From Octopus vulgaris (taxonomy: Eukaryota), in NCBI GenBank assembly GCA_951406725.2, contig OX597815.1:17236001-17300000 (forward strand): a DNA stretch of 64,000 bases, given 5' to 3'. The position numbers and the translations under genes were made by a program. Numbering within the stretch: position 1 is the first letter of the stretch; each line of letters starts with the position of its first letter. Below, piece by piece: positions 1-13,500 of this stretch. The notes under the pieces are model-generated. The model saw only the letters and a list, made by a program, of their open reading frames with translations. It did no database searches and was not told the origin of the DNA.

Positions 1-128
1 GAATAAATTTAAATCTGGCATTCATTCTGTCGATATCTTTTGCCGAACCGTTAGATTACAGAGGCGTAAACAAAGTAATACCGGTTGTCAAGTTGTGGGA
101 ACAAACGCCAACATGGTGACACCCACAC

Positions 129-163
<35 letters not shown>

Positions 164-849
164 TGTCTGTCTGTGCATCTGCCTGCCTGCCTGCTTGCTT
201 GTCCGTCTGCCTGTCTGCTTGCCTGTCTGTTTGCCTATCTGTCTCTCTGTATATATATATATATATATATATGTATGCATATGTACACACGTCAGGCTTC
301 CACATAGTTTCCGCCTGCCAAACTGACTGACAAGATATTGGTCTGATCGGGGCTAAACTGGAAGTCACTTGTCCGAGGTGCTGCAGAGCATCAATTCAGT
401 TGAGTCAGTATTTCGTATCATGTAACATATTATGTCATCATAGCGTATCACTATATTTGTAAATCGCTGATTCTAATCTGGAAGTTGAATATCAAATGTC
501 ATTGAAACGGATTTCTTAATGTTGAATATAAGGAATTTCCAAGAGAGATAGTTTGATGCAGAAAGTATTAAAGATTTTATTTTGGGGAAATTCTTCATTT
601 ACAGTGATAGAACAATTTTTCAATGTATACAAGAAAATGAAAATTTCTAAAGTGGCGAATATAGTTAATTTTGCTATGTACATTTACACGGGTGGCGTGA
701 ATATGTGCACTGTCTAAACAATATACAAAACGAAGAGCATAATTGTCGGGTCCTATTCAACAGTTATTGTTCCACATTTTTATCATTGTTGTCGTTGTAC
801 TCGTCATCTGCTTACTAAAAATTAGAAGAAACGTTAGTCACCTAAATAT

Positions 850-1245
850 TAATTTCAAATTACAAGGCTAGCAATTTCGGGGGAAGGGGTAAGTCCATTA
901 CATCGACCCGAGCGCTCGGCTGAATTGGTAATTATTTTATCGAACCCGAAGAGATGAAAGGCAAATATCGACAGCGGTGGAATACCACAAAGCATTTTTC
1001 CAGGCTCAGTAACTATTCTTGTTTCTTTAGTGCTCACAAGGAGCTACACACAGAGGACAAACAAGGACAGACAAACGGATTAAGTCGATTACATCGACCC
1101 CAGTGCATAACTGGTACTTAATTTATCGAACCCGAAAGGATGAAAGGCAAAGTCGACCTCGGCGGAATTTGAACCCAGAACGTAGCGGCAGACGAAATAC
1201 AGCTAAACATTTTTCCGGGCTTGGTAACTATTCTGCCAGCTCACA
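850..1245 (-). mobile_element. SINE family A, two-unit composite
   Basis: Carries the central GTCGACTTTGCCTTTCATCCTTTCGGGGTCGAT...GTACCAG domain. One younger unit is joined to a diverged unit with a different tail. Confidence 0.85.
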
Positions 1246-2009
1246 GTCTAACGTCACTTAAATATTACAAAGCATTATTTTCTATTGATCTGTCTGTTGT
1301 ACGAATATAATGGCAGCATAACCAACTAGACGTAATATTTCAAAACTGTGAGGAATCGTTGTAAAATTGAGAAGGGATATTTTCCTAAATTTATTTCAAA
1401 CTGAAAAACTGCTTTCTAATGTAACGCCTTAAACATTAATATATCATATGTTGTCATAAATTCGACGATTTCATTATTTCATAAACAGAGGATTTTGTTT
1501 GTACTACTCTTACGTAAAAGTTTACAGATGTACATAGACTCTTAAATTATTCATAAAGTTGTTTTAAATTTGGCTTTGTACAATACAGATGAATGAGATG
1601 TATCAGAAATATGTCAAAATAAAAAAAAATCCCAATTTTTTTTTCCCCGAAGCTGATCCTAGAATACGAACAAGTTATTATTATTTTTTTTGTTATAATC
1701 AATATCTCTGCGAGGAAAGCTGAAATATATCGATAATAGAAAATATATGATATTTATTACTATTCTAGAAAGGAAATAAAATGTTTAAAATGTTATAATA
1801 TAACAGTGATACCAGCATGAAGAGAGGGGCATTAACGGGCATCATTGAAGAACACAGAGAAGCACTCACTGATATCAGAAATTTTCCAACTCCACAGTAG
1901 AACCAATGTTACGAATACTCTACTGATCAGTCATGTTTCAGAAGATGAGTGGTATACCTTGTGTGGAATTGTTGTTAATCTCAGATCAGCTCTGATCGAA
2001 TAGATAAAT

Positions 2010-2330
2010 GCCTACCCTAAAGTCCAACCCCTCCTCAAAGCGGTAGGGTGGTGTAAACGGGCAGTGTCAGAGCTATGCCGCCGGGAACTTCGGTTCCTGG
2101 TAGGGCCACCCAAGGCGGATTGGTCTAGCACCGAGCGGTATTAGGGCCGCAGCCTGGCCAACGGGGCTCTGGTGAAAATTCCGAGAGGCGTCTGATCGGC
2201 AACCGGCGCCTTCGAGGACGTTCTGTCCCTGCGTCTGTGGAGACTCCACAGCAAACAGGGACTCGTCACTCGTGATATGCATGCGGCATGTCGGGGATCG
2301 CTTGTGAATTCAATATTCCCACGAAATATT
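2010..2330 (+). mobile_element. Isolated 5' UTR fragment of an RTE-clade (BovB/Expander-like) LINE
   Basis: GC-rich island containing GAGCTATGCC...GGTAGGGCCACCCAAGGCGGATTGGTC, which resembles the BovB/Expander 5' motif as I recall it (GAGCCATGCC...AGGGCCACCCAAGACGGACGGGTC). Confidence 0.6.
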
Positions 2331-3917
2331 GAAGCTGTAATCATACTGTAACAAACTGTTGTAATAAAATATTTAGAGAAAATTAACTAATACATCTAAA
2401 TATTTGTTGTGCAAGATTTTTTATGTGAAGTCGTGTGTTGAAACAGATATTGTTATATTTCGGAATGGTCATATTGCCAGTTTAGCCAATAAAAACAGGA
2501 GTGTGACGAAAGAACTCTGGCCGAAATAAGATTAAGATTAATGTAAAAAATAAATATCACTGAAGCAAAATAACAGCAAATATATAGTGCGTGTGTTTTT
2601 ATTGGCTAAACTGGCAATATGACCATTCCGAAATATAACAATAACTAATACATCATCCTCGTTTTAAGATGGTGGTGTGCCATTTGAGTGAAATGAAGCT
2701 GCTCTTTCTGTCAGATCGTGAGACGAAACAGGCACCCATTCATTGGGCCGTTCGTTTCCCAGTAAACCGAGTCTGTGACCCTGGTTCAATTCTTGCTGAT
2801 ATTTTTCGGAAGACGTGATATGTACATCTTTCAATCAACTGCCCCTGATGTCTTTCAAATTGATCTTCCGATTTTTCTAAATAAGAAAAAAAAAATCAAT
2901 AATTTATAGTTTATCAGAGTGTTACGTGAGACAAATAGATCGTTATCTTTTTATCAAAAATATATCTGGTAAGCCGTCTGATTTCTTTTAATTAGGTACA
3001 AGAATAAGAGGTATTATCATCTTAATTGGACCAGTTTGTTGCAATAAATATCTATACTATTGACCATGACACACCAAACTGTATTGACACACCAAACTGA
3101 TTGCATTAAAAAGTTCAGCCGGACATTCTATTGTCTAAGTCATCTCAACATTTTTGATGTAATGTCGTACATTTATTGTAAACAATAATCCATACCTAAT
3201 ACAATCACCTAGAACAGCGCCTCCCTAATAATTACATTCAATGACCACCTTTCCATAATTGCTTACTAAAAGCAAGTGGTCGTAATTATACACGATACTT
3301 CATTTCTTACCTTCAAAAATTATATACTCAGCTCACTCGGAACCCAGAGTGAATTATAACTGTGTTACTATGTTGTGATTAGATTCAAGTTTCAGTTAGA
3401 TATTCTGTAGATAATTTCCAACGCCTATTCACTACCTTGGTGATTATACGTTTGCTAAACACAACCACATAAAAAGAAAAAAAAAAACGGGAAAAGGTTG
3501 TCTTCTAAAGCTGAATACAGATTGAAAAGAATTCTTTACATTATCTACTCTGTATTTTATTCGAGATTTTTACATTCTAAATTCAGTGTAGCATACGTTC
3601 GAATTTACCAGATATGTTATCTTACATAATTGTAAGTCATATAATGTCTCTAATACATGTGCTTTAAATATCTCATCACCAATATTGCAACACATCGTGG
3701 ACATGGATGTGACACCATTTAGCTGCATATATTTTCGTTCTGCAACACTGTGGAGATACTTTCAGTCTTGTAAGCAACAATACCTGTCAGTTACCTGTAC
3801 ATACCATCACTTGCATCCTGAAGAAAGTTCAGGTGATCGAATTTCATAGCAAAGAATAATATCTTGTTCTTTATATCTTAGGTCCCTATATTATTGCTCA
3901 TCTGTAATTCTCAACAA

Positions 3918-4309
3918 TCTCTCTATCTATAAAGCTGAAGTTGTCTGTGTATGGCAGGTTTGGTAGCCTTTAACTAACACTATCTCCTCCGAGACCCTGC
4001 AGCGCAAGTTGACCAAAATTGAGAGTATGATAGAAGAAGGCATGCTCCTACTTCCGTAGAAGAAAAAACTTCAAATCAGATCATGTTAACACCAAAAATT
4101 ATTTACATCAAAAAGGTGCTTTTTCCTATGAAAATCCCTATTTTTTATGATTTTTTGACTGCTGTGTCGCCATTTTTCGGAGTATGTCAACCAGAAAAAT
4201 GTTCACTTTCAGAGAATAACAAGCTACATGTAACAAAATTTTTACTTTTAAAAAATTCCAATTCTAAAGGGTCGAAACAAACCCGAGCAACGCCGGGTGA
4301 TACTGCTAG
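3918..4309 (+). mobile_element. Non-autonomous Helitron
   Basis: A|TC 5' end, subterminal hairpin CCCGAGCAACGCCGGG, CTAG|T 3' end and no TSD. Confidence 0.85.
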
Positions 4310-4394
4310 TTCTTAAATAAATTTAGAAATTCATTACTTTTCTGAAACGTCGATCATGAATGACGATGGGATTGCACTTAGAATGATATCATCC

Positions 4395-4673
4395 GAGGCA
4401 CAAGTTTGGGCAAGGTGGTTTATGGAAGACCAGCAGTCGCCCATGCATACCGGCCTCCCCTCTCCACGCCACCGATGTTATCCAAGGGAAAAGCAAAGGT
4501 CGAGACAGCTTTGCACCTGTGACGTCGCAGCCCATTTCTACAGCTGAGCGAACTGGAACAACGTGAAATAAAGTGTCTTGTTCAAGAACACAACACGCAT
4601 CCCGGTCCGGGAATCGAACTCACAACCTCCCGATCGTAAGCTCGACGCTCTAATCACTGTCCATGCGCCTTCA
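4395..4673 (-). mobile_element. SINE family B variant with a different 3' half
   Basis: Shares the head and CACTTTATTTCACGTTG...CAGCTG with family B, then diverges. Confidence 0.8.
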
Positions 4674-5141
4674 CAAAATAATACTTCATCAATTTCTCGC
4701 TCACACCAAACAAGGTAAACTCCACTCACACCTCCATTCCATCACACCCAATGCCACTACCCCAAATCCTCCCCTATCACTCTCCCTCCCTGATACGCTC
4801 CCCACCCTCACCAATATACCCTGCTCACATACCCCTCAACTCCTCCCTCTCTCCCAGCCTTCTACCACCGCACCACCCCTCCTACTTCTGTCCCATCTCG
4901 AAACGTAAAAGACTTTCTCACTTCCCGAGCGCTAAACTAATACATCTGTCTGTTGTTTACACACCCGCCTTCGTCTTTAGTCTTTTTTTGTAAATTCTCG
5001 CTATATATATTATATTAAATTAGAGACAAAACCACTATTAGGCAAATCAAACAATGAAAAACTTAAGCCAATACATAAGATTATTTAATTTATATTATTT
5101 AAATATATAACAAAATTATTAAAAAAATATAATTAATATCA

Positions 5142-5205
5142 CACTACGATCGTTTCATGGCAGCTAACTTCTTCAAATTTTTGAGTCACAGTCATTCATC
5201 AAGTG
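5142..5205 (-). ncRNA. Hammerhead-like motif (U3 variant)
   Basis: The minus strand reads CAC-UUGAUGA-AUG...CAU-GAAACGAUCGUA-GUG, with palindrome ACGAUCGU. Confidence 0.5.
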
Positions 5206-5480
5206 GTTTAAATATTTATCTTGGCGAGGTTTAAACAATGAACTATATATATATATATATATATAAAGAAATTTTGCGCGTATTTCAAGATATACGTTTC
5301 TTCTAAACTTTTGTTAGCCAAATGCTAAACATATATCAGCCGGAGTTTCAGTTTGACTTATTGCTCACATAAATATACTGACTCTGCTTGGAGATAAATT
5401 AAATTTGAGCAATATAAAAATAAAAAATTTTATTTAAGCTAGATTTTAAAGCTACATCAGCTTCTGGACTGAGAAAACTA

Positions 5481-5811
5481 AAAGACTAAAAGACTCCGCC
5501 GGTTACGACGACGAGGGTCCCAGCTGATACGAACAACGGAACAGCTTGCTCGTGAAATTAACGTGCAAATGGCTGAGCATTCCACAGACACGTGTACCCT
5601 TAACGTAGTTCTCGGGGATAATCAGCGTGACACAGAGAGTGACAAGGCTGACCCTTTGAACTACAAGTACAACTCATTTTTGCCAGCTGAGTGGACTGGA
5701 GCAACGTGAAATAAAGTGTCTTGCTCAAGGACACAACGCGTCGCCGGGAATCGAACTCACAACCTTACGATCATGAGCCGAATGCCCTAACCACTAAGCC
5801 ACGCGCCCTCA
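5481..5811 (-). mobile_element. SINE family B (tRNA head plus CORE-like GTGTCCTTGAGCAAGACAC)
   Basis: A-box TGGCTTAGTGG and B-box GAGTTCGATTCC. Homologous to 18967-19292. Confidence 0.88.
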
Positions 5812-6302
5812 CTACTGGAAAACTAGAACGTTAAGAAATGAATATCCAGTGAATGGTTTTTTGAGAACTTTTACAGTAAGTTGAAAAGAATAGCATAACT
5901 TTATTGAAATAACAATCTGCTGATCGGCTAACTATACGAAAGCATTTCTTGCATATGGTGTAAAAGTTTAAACATATGAAATAGGAAAAGAGAGTGGAAG
6001 ATCCCCTAAAGCTAAATCTAATCTAAATCTCTTGAGTGGATGTTCCTTCTTGAAATTGTTTCAATGATACCATTCTAATTAACTCTTCACTGAATTAGAC
6101 ATATTGCCAAAAGCCTCGTTGATTATCTTCGTTCATTTGTTAAATGTGAAGTAATTTAACTCATAAAGGGTGAGATGTTATAAACTATGAACTTTAATTG
6201 CAAATTAATCAAATGGCTTATCATTTGTGTATTCATATATATTATAGCTTTCAGTGTTTGAGCACACAAATTCACACACACACACACACACATACACATA
6301 CA

Positions 6303-6374
<72 letters not shown>

Positions 6375-7495
6375 TACACACGTGTTGAAAACAATCGAAT
6401 AAAGCACGAAAATTTGATGCAAAATTATTATTGAGTTCCTATGATTATTAATCCTTGCAAATATTCAGCTTGTAAACGAAATTTTCTTCTAAGATTGGTT
6501 TACGTAGCCACCCAAAAGTAGGCGAATCACAGCAAGTTAATAAAATGCTTTGGTCTATTGAATGAAGACTCACCTGTCGATCATGTAATAAATATTGTCT
6601 TTCTAATGGTGGTATGAAAAGACATAAGGCGGGTAGCTGGTAGAAACGTTAGCACGCCGGGCGAAATGCGTAGCCGTATTTCGTCTGCCGTTACGTTCTT
6701 TTGCTCCATATGGGTTCAACTCTTCTCCCCTCTTCATCTAACCCTCCTTCTCTCTCCTCTCACTCCTACTCTCCTTCTTTCTTCTCTTCACTCCTACCCA
6801 CCTTCTCCCTTCATCGTCACCCCTCCCTCGTAACTCCACCCCTACACAATCCAACCCCATCTTCCCTATCCACCCCATCCCTTAGACCCACTACCACATA
6901 ACCCACCTCTATCCCCACCCTCAGCCTAACCCATACCCCACCCTTGCTTTCCCAGTCTCGCCTCCCCCACATCCCAACACCACCACACCATACACCGCCA
7001 CAGCATACGCCATCATACCACACAACACCACATCACATCACGCCACCACGCACACACTAGCACTGACCCCTTCCCAGTACCTACATTATCATCCACACAC
7101 CTACACATACACATGCGCACACGTCAAGGTCACAAGCCCTCTTTCACACGCACGTACATGCTCTCTTATACACACGCACGCGCAACTTCGTTTTGGGATC
7201 ACCACTACTTTATTATCTCCCCTTATTCCTAGCTCTCCTGTGTGATCCCTCTGTCCGGCATTCACCATGATAGATCGCTAGCCATTACACATTCTTTATT
7301 TTCTCACCTTGTTTCTTTCTGTGTTTCTCTCTGTGGAAGAGCGCAGACTCGAAACTTTAAAGACTTTTTCGCCTCCCGAGCCTTAAACTAATACACCTGT
7401 TTGTTGACTAGAGCACCGGCTTTCGTCTTTTTGTCTTTTGTTTTTTTTTTGTGAATTCTCCCCCTATACATGCATGCATACATACATACATACAC

Positions 7496-7566
<71 letters not shown>

Positions 7567-8124
7567 ATCTTGGTATAGTAGAAAAAAATGTTACTTTCAC
7601 AATCTAGCTTTCATTGTTTTAAACTTTAAAATATTCACTAGTTTCAGTTTGTAGCTTAGAAGAAATTTTATTTCCCGAGTATTCTGTGTGTGTCGTGTTT
7701 AATAATCTGTTATTTCAGGAATACGAGTATGGAAAATTGCTTTTATTTGCTTTGACAAATGTTCAGTAACATAAAAATAAATTAGACAGATATTGGTAGC
7801 CAAGGATACAGTCACATGATGTTGCAGTATATGCAAGGAAGGAGACTGAAAATCTAGGGGTGGGTGGCTTCTGATTGTATTCTCTAAAACATAAAAATAT
7901 TTCTCTCACGCTTGAAGTATATTTAAATGTTGGAACGTTATTCTTTGACGGATTTGGTAAGTACTGGTTTAAATGTCTTGCGTAAGTTCAATTCCACTGA
8001 GGTCTTTTTTTTACTGTTCATAACTGTAGGTCGATAAAATAAAGAACCAATCAAATACTGTGTTCGATTTACTCGTCTAGATGAAGACCTAAAATATCTG
8101 CATTTGTATGAATGATAAAAAAGA

Positions 8125-8329
<205 letters not shown>

Positions 8330-8908
8330 GGTGGCGAGCTGGCAGAAACGTTAGCACGCCGGGCGAAATGCGTAGCCGTATTTCGTCTGTCGTTACGTTC
8401 TGGGTTCAAATTCCGCCGAGGTCGACTTCCCCTTTCATCATTTCGAGGTCAATTAAATAAGTACCAGTTACGCACTGCGGTCGATGTAATCGACTTAATC
8501 CGTTTGTGTGTCCTTGTTTGTCCCCTCTGTGTGTGGGTAGTAAAGAAACAGGTATTTTGTCGGCCGTTACGTTCTGAGTTCAAATTCCGCCGAGGTCAAC
8601 TTTGCCTTTCATCCTTTCGGGGTCGATTAAATAAGTACCAGTCACGCACTGGGTGGATGTAATCGACTTAATCCGTTTGTCTGTCCTTGTTTGTCCTTTC
8701 TGTGTTTAGCCCCTTGTGGGTAGTAAAGAAATAGAAATAGGCATTTCGTCTGTCTTTAAGTTCGGATTTCAAATTTCGTTGATGTCGACTTCACCTTTTA
8801 TCCTTTCGGGGTCGATAAAATAAACAGGAGCTGAGCACCGAGGTTGATGTAATAGACTTACCATCTTCCCAAGTTGCAGACCTTGTGCTAAAATTTGAAA
8901 GCAATATT
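8330..8908 (+). mobile_element. SINE family A, three-unit array
   Basis: tRNA-like head (TGGCAGAAACGTTAGC; B-box GGTTCAAATTCC) followed by units of about 180 bp. Confidence 0.9.
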
Positions 8909-8915
8909 ACAAGAC

Positions 8916-8982
<67 letters not shown>

Positions 8983-9653
8983 AGGGATGAATTTGTCTTT
9001 CATATAATTTGACCTTGATAAACTTTCTTTAGATATCGCTCAAATTAGCCAGAAATCAAATCCTATCCCCTAGAAAACAAAGTTTAAGAATGGAAATTAA
9101 AAGGACAGAGATTTCATGGTCACAGCGAAAATGTATTTGGTCATAGAACTACTTAGAGCTGACAAGATTCTAAGCAATAAGAATAACATTTTAGAAATAT
9201 GCGCTTTCAACAAAGTACGACGGAATTCCTGGGGAAAGATCTTTGCGGAAACTCAGAGACATGTTGTTTTTATATACTAGAATTAATTAAAGGTAAGAAA
9301 AAAATGTAGCAGCAACCAAACCAACATCATCATCGGTAGTAGCAGCCGTGGCAGTAGTAGTAGTAGTAATGACTGAGATGTCTGCTTCAGAAGTACAAAT
9401 TCTAGCACATGTCTGAGTATTTGCCATACTAAATTGTTAAGCAGATGCGTCATTAATTCTTACATGTAAGATATTTAGTATAGTGAGAAGAGATATTAGC
9501 AGGTGTAAAGCGTATAACTAATTCGTTAGCTACACGAGACTTATCCACAACAGTAACATATGTTATTGTGGCTGTGGTTGTTGCTGCTGCTGCTGGTATT
9601 ATTTTGTTTTCATTCGTATTATTATTGTATTTGTTTAATCCTATGTTATCCAT

Positions 9654-9950
9654 GGTGGAGGCGCAATGGCCAAGTGGTTAGGGCAGCGGACTCGCGGTCA
9701 GAGGATCGCGGTTATGATTCCCAGACCGGACGTTGCGTGTGTTTATTGAGCGAAAACACCTAAAGCTCCACGATGCTCCGGCAGGGGTGGGCGAAATATG
9801 TTGTACTCTTTCGCCTCAACTTTCTTGTCACTCTTGTTTCTTGGGTAACGCTGCAATGGACTGGCGTCCACATACGACACAGAAACAGGGGAAACCGGGC
9901 CCATGAGCCTGGCTGGGCTTGAAAAGGGCACATAAATAAATAAATAAATA
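9654..9950 (+). mobile_element. SINE family C (tRNA-Arg-like head)
   Basis: Head TGGCCAAGTGG...GACTCGCGGTC with a TCG anticodon loop, and a (TAAA)n tail. Homologous to 44510-44796. Confidence 0.85.
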
Positions 9951-10399
9951 ATGTTAGCCATGATAGATAAAACTATGCTCAAAGCTGTTGCCTTTTAAAT
10001 GGCTATCTAGGACTACATTAACTATTGTGCTCTCTCCTTTCTCGAGACAGTAGAAAGAGATTAAAAGAAGAGTGCATTTTTTCTATCTGGCGAAATCCCA
10101 CACAAAGCAGCTTTAGAAACAACTAGAAGCTGAATATTTCAGATACCTTGACAAAGTGAAAGACGCATATTAAAACCATGGATATTATTAGCAGTCTTAT
10201 TACAAATGAAAGTGATCACGATAAGCAACTTCCAATGTATTTAAAGAAAACAAGAACAGTTTTATCTAGCATTATATTCACAGCAAATAAAAACTAAACA
10301 GGTAAATACACACATACGCACTTACACACAAAATATACATTTGTAACGATGTCGAATTTTACATTTAAAAATGGTATCCTCAGAAGTTCGTATAAGGCT

Positions 10400-11165
10400 T
10401 CACAGAGAGGACAAACAAGGACATACAAAGGGATTAAGTCGATTATATCGACCCCAGTGTGTAACTGGTACTTAATTTATCGACCCCGAAAGAATGAAAG
10501 GCAAAGTCGACCTCGGCGGAATTTTTGAACTCAGAACGTAGCGGCAGGCAAAATACCTATTTCTTTACTACCCACAAGGAACTAAACACAGAGGGGATGA
10601 ACAAGGACAGACAAACGGATTAAGTCGATTACATCGACCCCAGTGCGTAACTGGTACTTATTTAATCGACCCCGAAAGGATGAAAGGCAAAGTCGACCTC
10701 GGCGGAATTTTTGAACTCAGAACGTAGCGGCAGACGAAATACCTATTTCTTTACTACCCACAAGGGGCTAAGCACAGAGAGGGGACAAACAAGGACAGAC
10801 AAACGGATTAAGTCGATTACATCGACCCCAGTGCGTAACTGGTACTTATTTAATCGACCCCGAAAGGATGAAAGGCAAAGTCGACCTCGGCGGAATTTTT
10901 GAACTCAGAACGTAGCGGCAGGCAAAATAACTATTTCTTTACTACCCACAAGGAGCTAAACACAGAGGGGGCGGAACAAGGACAGACAAATGGATTAAGT
11001 CGATTACATCGACCCCAGTGCGTAACTGGTACTTAATTTATCGACCCCGGAACGATGAAAGGTAAAGTCGATCTCGGTGGAATTTGAACTCAGAACGTAA
11101 CAGCAGATAAAATACGGCTACGCACTTCGCCCAGCGTGCTAACGTTTCTGCTAGCTCGCCGCCTT
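10400..11165 (-). mobile_element. SINE family A, four-unit array
   Basis: Four units of about 180 bp with a single head at about 11165. Confidence 0.9.
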
Positions 11166-11377
11166 AATAAGGTTTCAAATACCATTGAAGTTAGAAAATA
11201 ATCTATTCCTGCATTGATTCACATTTAAGTTTGCTTACGTATATCTAAGATGTTCAAGTTTTATGTTTTCGTTAATAGGAGCATTTAATAATGTCTAAGT
11301 ATATTATTTTTTAAAATATAGAAATTAACATCACGATTCATAAAACCCAATACCTAATAAAACTTTAGCTGTGATAA

Positions 11378-11983
11378 GGCGGCGAGCTGGCAGAATCGTT
11401 AGCATGCCAGGCGAAATTCTTAGCGGTATTTCGTCTGCCGTTGCGTTCTAAGTTTAAATTCCGCCGAGGTCGACTTTGCCTTTCATCCTTTCGGGGTCGA
11501 TTAAATAAGAACCAGTTACACACTGGGGTCGATCTAATCGACTTAATTCCTTTGTCTGTCCTTGTTTGTCCCATCTATGTTTAGCCCCTTGTGGGCAATA
11601 AAGAAATAAGAATCGTTGGAACATCTGCCGTTACGTTCTGAGTTCAAATTCCACCGAGGTCGACTTTGCCTTTCATCCTTTCGGGGTCAATAAATTAAGT
11701 ACCAGTTACGCACTGGGGTCGATGTAATCGACTTAATACCTATGTCTGTCCTTGTTTGTCCCCTCTCTGTGTTTAGCCCCTTGTGGGTAGTAAAGAAATA
11801 GGTATTTCGTCTACCGCTACGTTCTGAGTTCAAATTACGCCGAGGTCGACTTTGCCTTTCATCCTTTCGAGGTCGATAAATTAAGTACCAGTTACGCACT
11901 GGGGTCCATGTAATCGACTTAATCCGTTTGTCTGTCCTTGTTTGTCCCCTCTATGCTTAGCCCCTGGTGGGTAGTAAAGAAAC
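11378..11983 (+). mobile_element. SINE family A, three-unit array with TSD AACTTTAGCTGT
   Basis: Head plus repeated units, with a direct repeat on both flanks. Confidence 0.9.
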
Positions 11984-12239
11984 ATATAACTTTAGCTGTA
12001 AACGAGTTTAAAAGTGAATCAATAAGGTAATAAATTATATTTTCTTTCTTCAGTTGCATTTGAAACTGTACCCTAGAGCTTTTCAAAAGACTATATTTCA
12101 AAATGAGGAATTTTAAAAGAATATTGTCCCAATATTTACTGTTTTTAAATTTTGCGTGAAAAATGATTATTTCCCGGTATTGTGGATAGTGGTAGAGCAT
12201 TTTATGTAAGTAAATTATAAATGTGAAACAACGAGAAAG

Positions 12240-12480
12240 CATATTGTTGTATTTCGGAATGGTCATTTTGCCAGTTTAGCCAATAAAAGCACACGCACTA
12301 TATGTTTGGTGTTACTTTGCTTCAGTGTTATTTATTTTTTACATTAATCTTAACCTTATTTCGGCCAAAGTTCTTTCGTGACACTTCTGTGACCTCATCA
12401 GTGGTCCTTTGCTTTCTTCTTTCTTATTTGTGTGTCTCTCCTTACTAACGGTCAGACATTTTGTATTTTGTATTTTCTAT
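12240..12480 (-). mobile_element. Penelope-type short repeat with a hammerhead-like motif (other copies 2397-2641 and 32590-32745)
   Basis: The consensus of three copies is CCA-CUGAUGA-G-GUCAC-AGGAGU-GUGAC-GAAA-GAACU(C/U)-UGG. All share the downstream TTATTGGCTAAACTGGCAATATGACCATTCCGAAAT. Confidence 0.6.
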
Positions 12481-13104
12481 TTTCCCATAGTACTTGAAAC
12501 TTCACACTGTTTGAAGATATGACTAAGGCTAAAGAAACTCATGCAAAATATTTATGGTTAAATCTCATTCCAAGACCTCAAACCAATTATTCAGGTGACA
12601 GCAGCATTCCAAGAATCTTGCCAGAAAATATGCCTCTCTGGAGATGGAACAGTACCTCGGAAGAGGTTGCAGTGTTGCCTTCTTCAAGTAAGACGAACAT
12701 CTTTGCTAAAATTTTTGGTACCGATTGTCAATGCATTTCCTAGGAACTTAGGTATAGTCATCGGGACAGAAGACATTCTATGAACTACATCAACACTAAA
12801 GCAAAAAAAAAAAAAAAAGCAACCAAAAGAAAACAATCAACGTGTGTTTATCTTCGCTATGAACATTCAATTCTCATTGAATACGTTGTACTTGATAGAA
12901 TCTTGAACGAATTACAGCTGCAATACTCAGTCGCGGTATTCTTTAGGCAACCAGTTATGATATTCGATATTTGATAAGTGGAACAGTGTGTCCACTAAAA
13001 TGATTTCCTCTATGATCCTAATAAATGAAAAACTAAAACAAACAAAATATTATTTCGAGTTAAATGGTAACATCTAGTTTGAATGAATCTAATTTGCTAT
13101 ATAT

Positions 13105-13500
13105 CTCTTATTATAAAAGGCAGATTTTATCTGCCTCCCTTTGGGAGTTATACAAATCTACAATATAGGATTTCTTCAATTACAATTTACCTAGCATTTT
13201 TAAGAGTACAATGCATCGCGTCATGCCAGGTCCAGTTTTTAAAATTTAAACTCCAATTAAGCAAAATTTACAGAAAACTCACATTCTGGTGTGTGTGTCA
13301 AATGCTTTTCTTAGTCTGGTTTACACCACACGCAAACGCACACACACAGTGGGCAACGAATAAAATGAAAGTAAGTAGCGACAGAGTGAAAGTATTCTGT
13401 CTATGACGCTGATAGATACATGAGTAAAATGTATGGGAAGCTAAGAGCTAAGAGTGAGTGAAAATGTTCTTGGAAGAGAGTAATTAGTAATAAAGTAAAC
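13105..13500 (+). repeat. Probable Helitron-like repeat fragment
   Basis: Starts TCTCTTATTATAAAAGGCAGATTTT, and a similar start occurs at about 54660. No 3' hairpin or CTAG was seen. Confidence 0.35.

Noticed and set aside
9654-9730. tRNA genes at SINE 5' ends
   Set aside because: The heads run directly into SINE bodies and lack a clean acceptor stem.
10400-11165. CRISPR-like regular repeats
   Set aside because: The units are about 180-bp tandem SINE bodies with no unique spacers, no cas genes and a eukaryotic context.
12519-12800. Short ORFs as genes
   Set aside because: More likely a decayed LINE fragment (NIFAKIF), and too weak to list as a feature.
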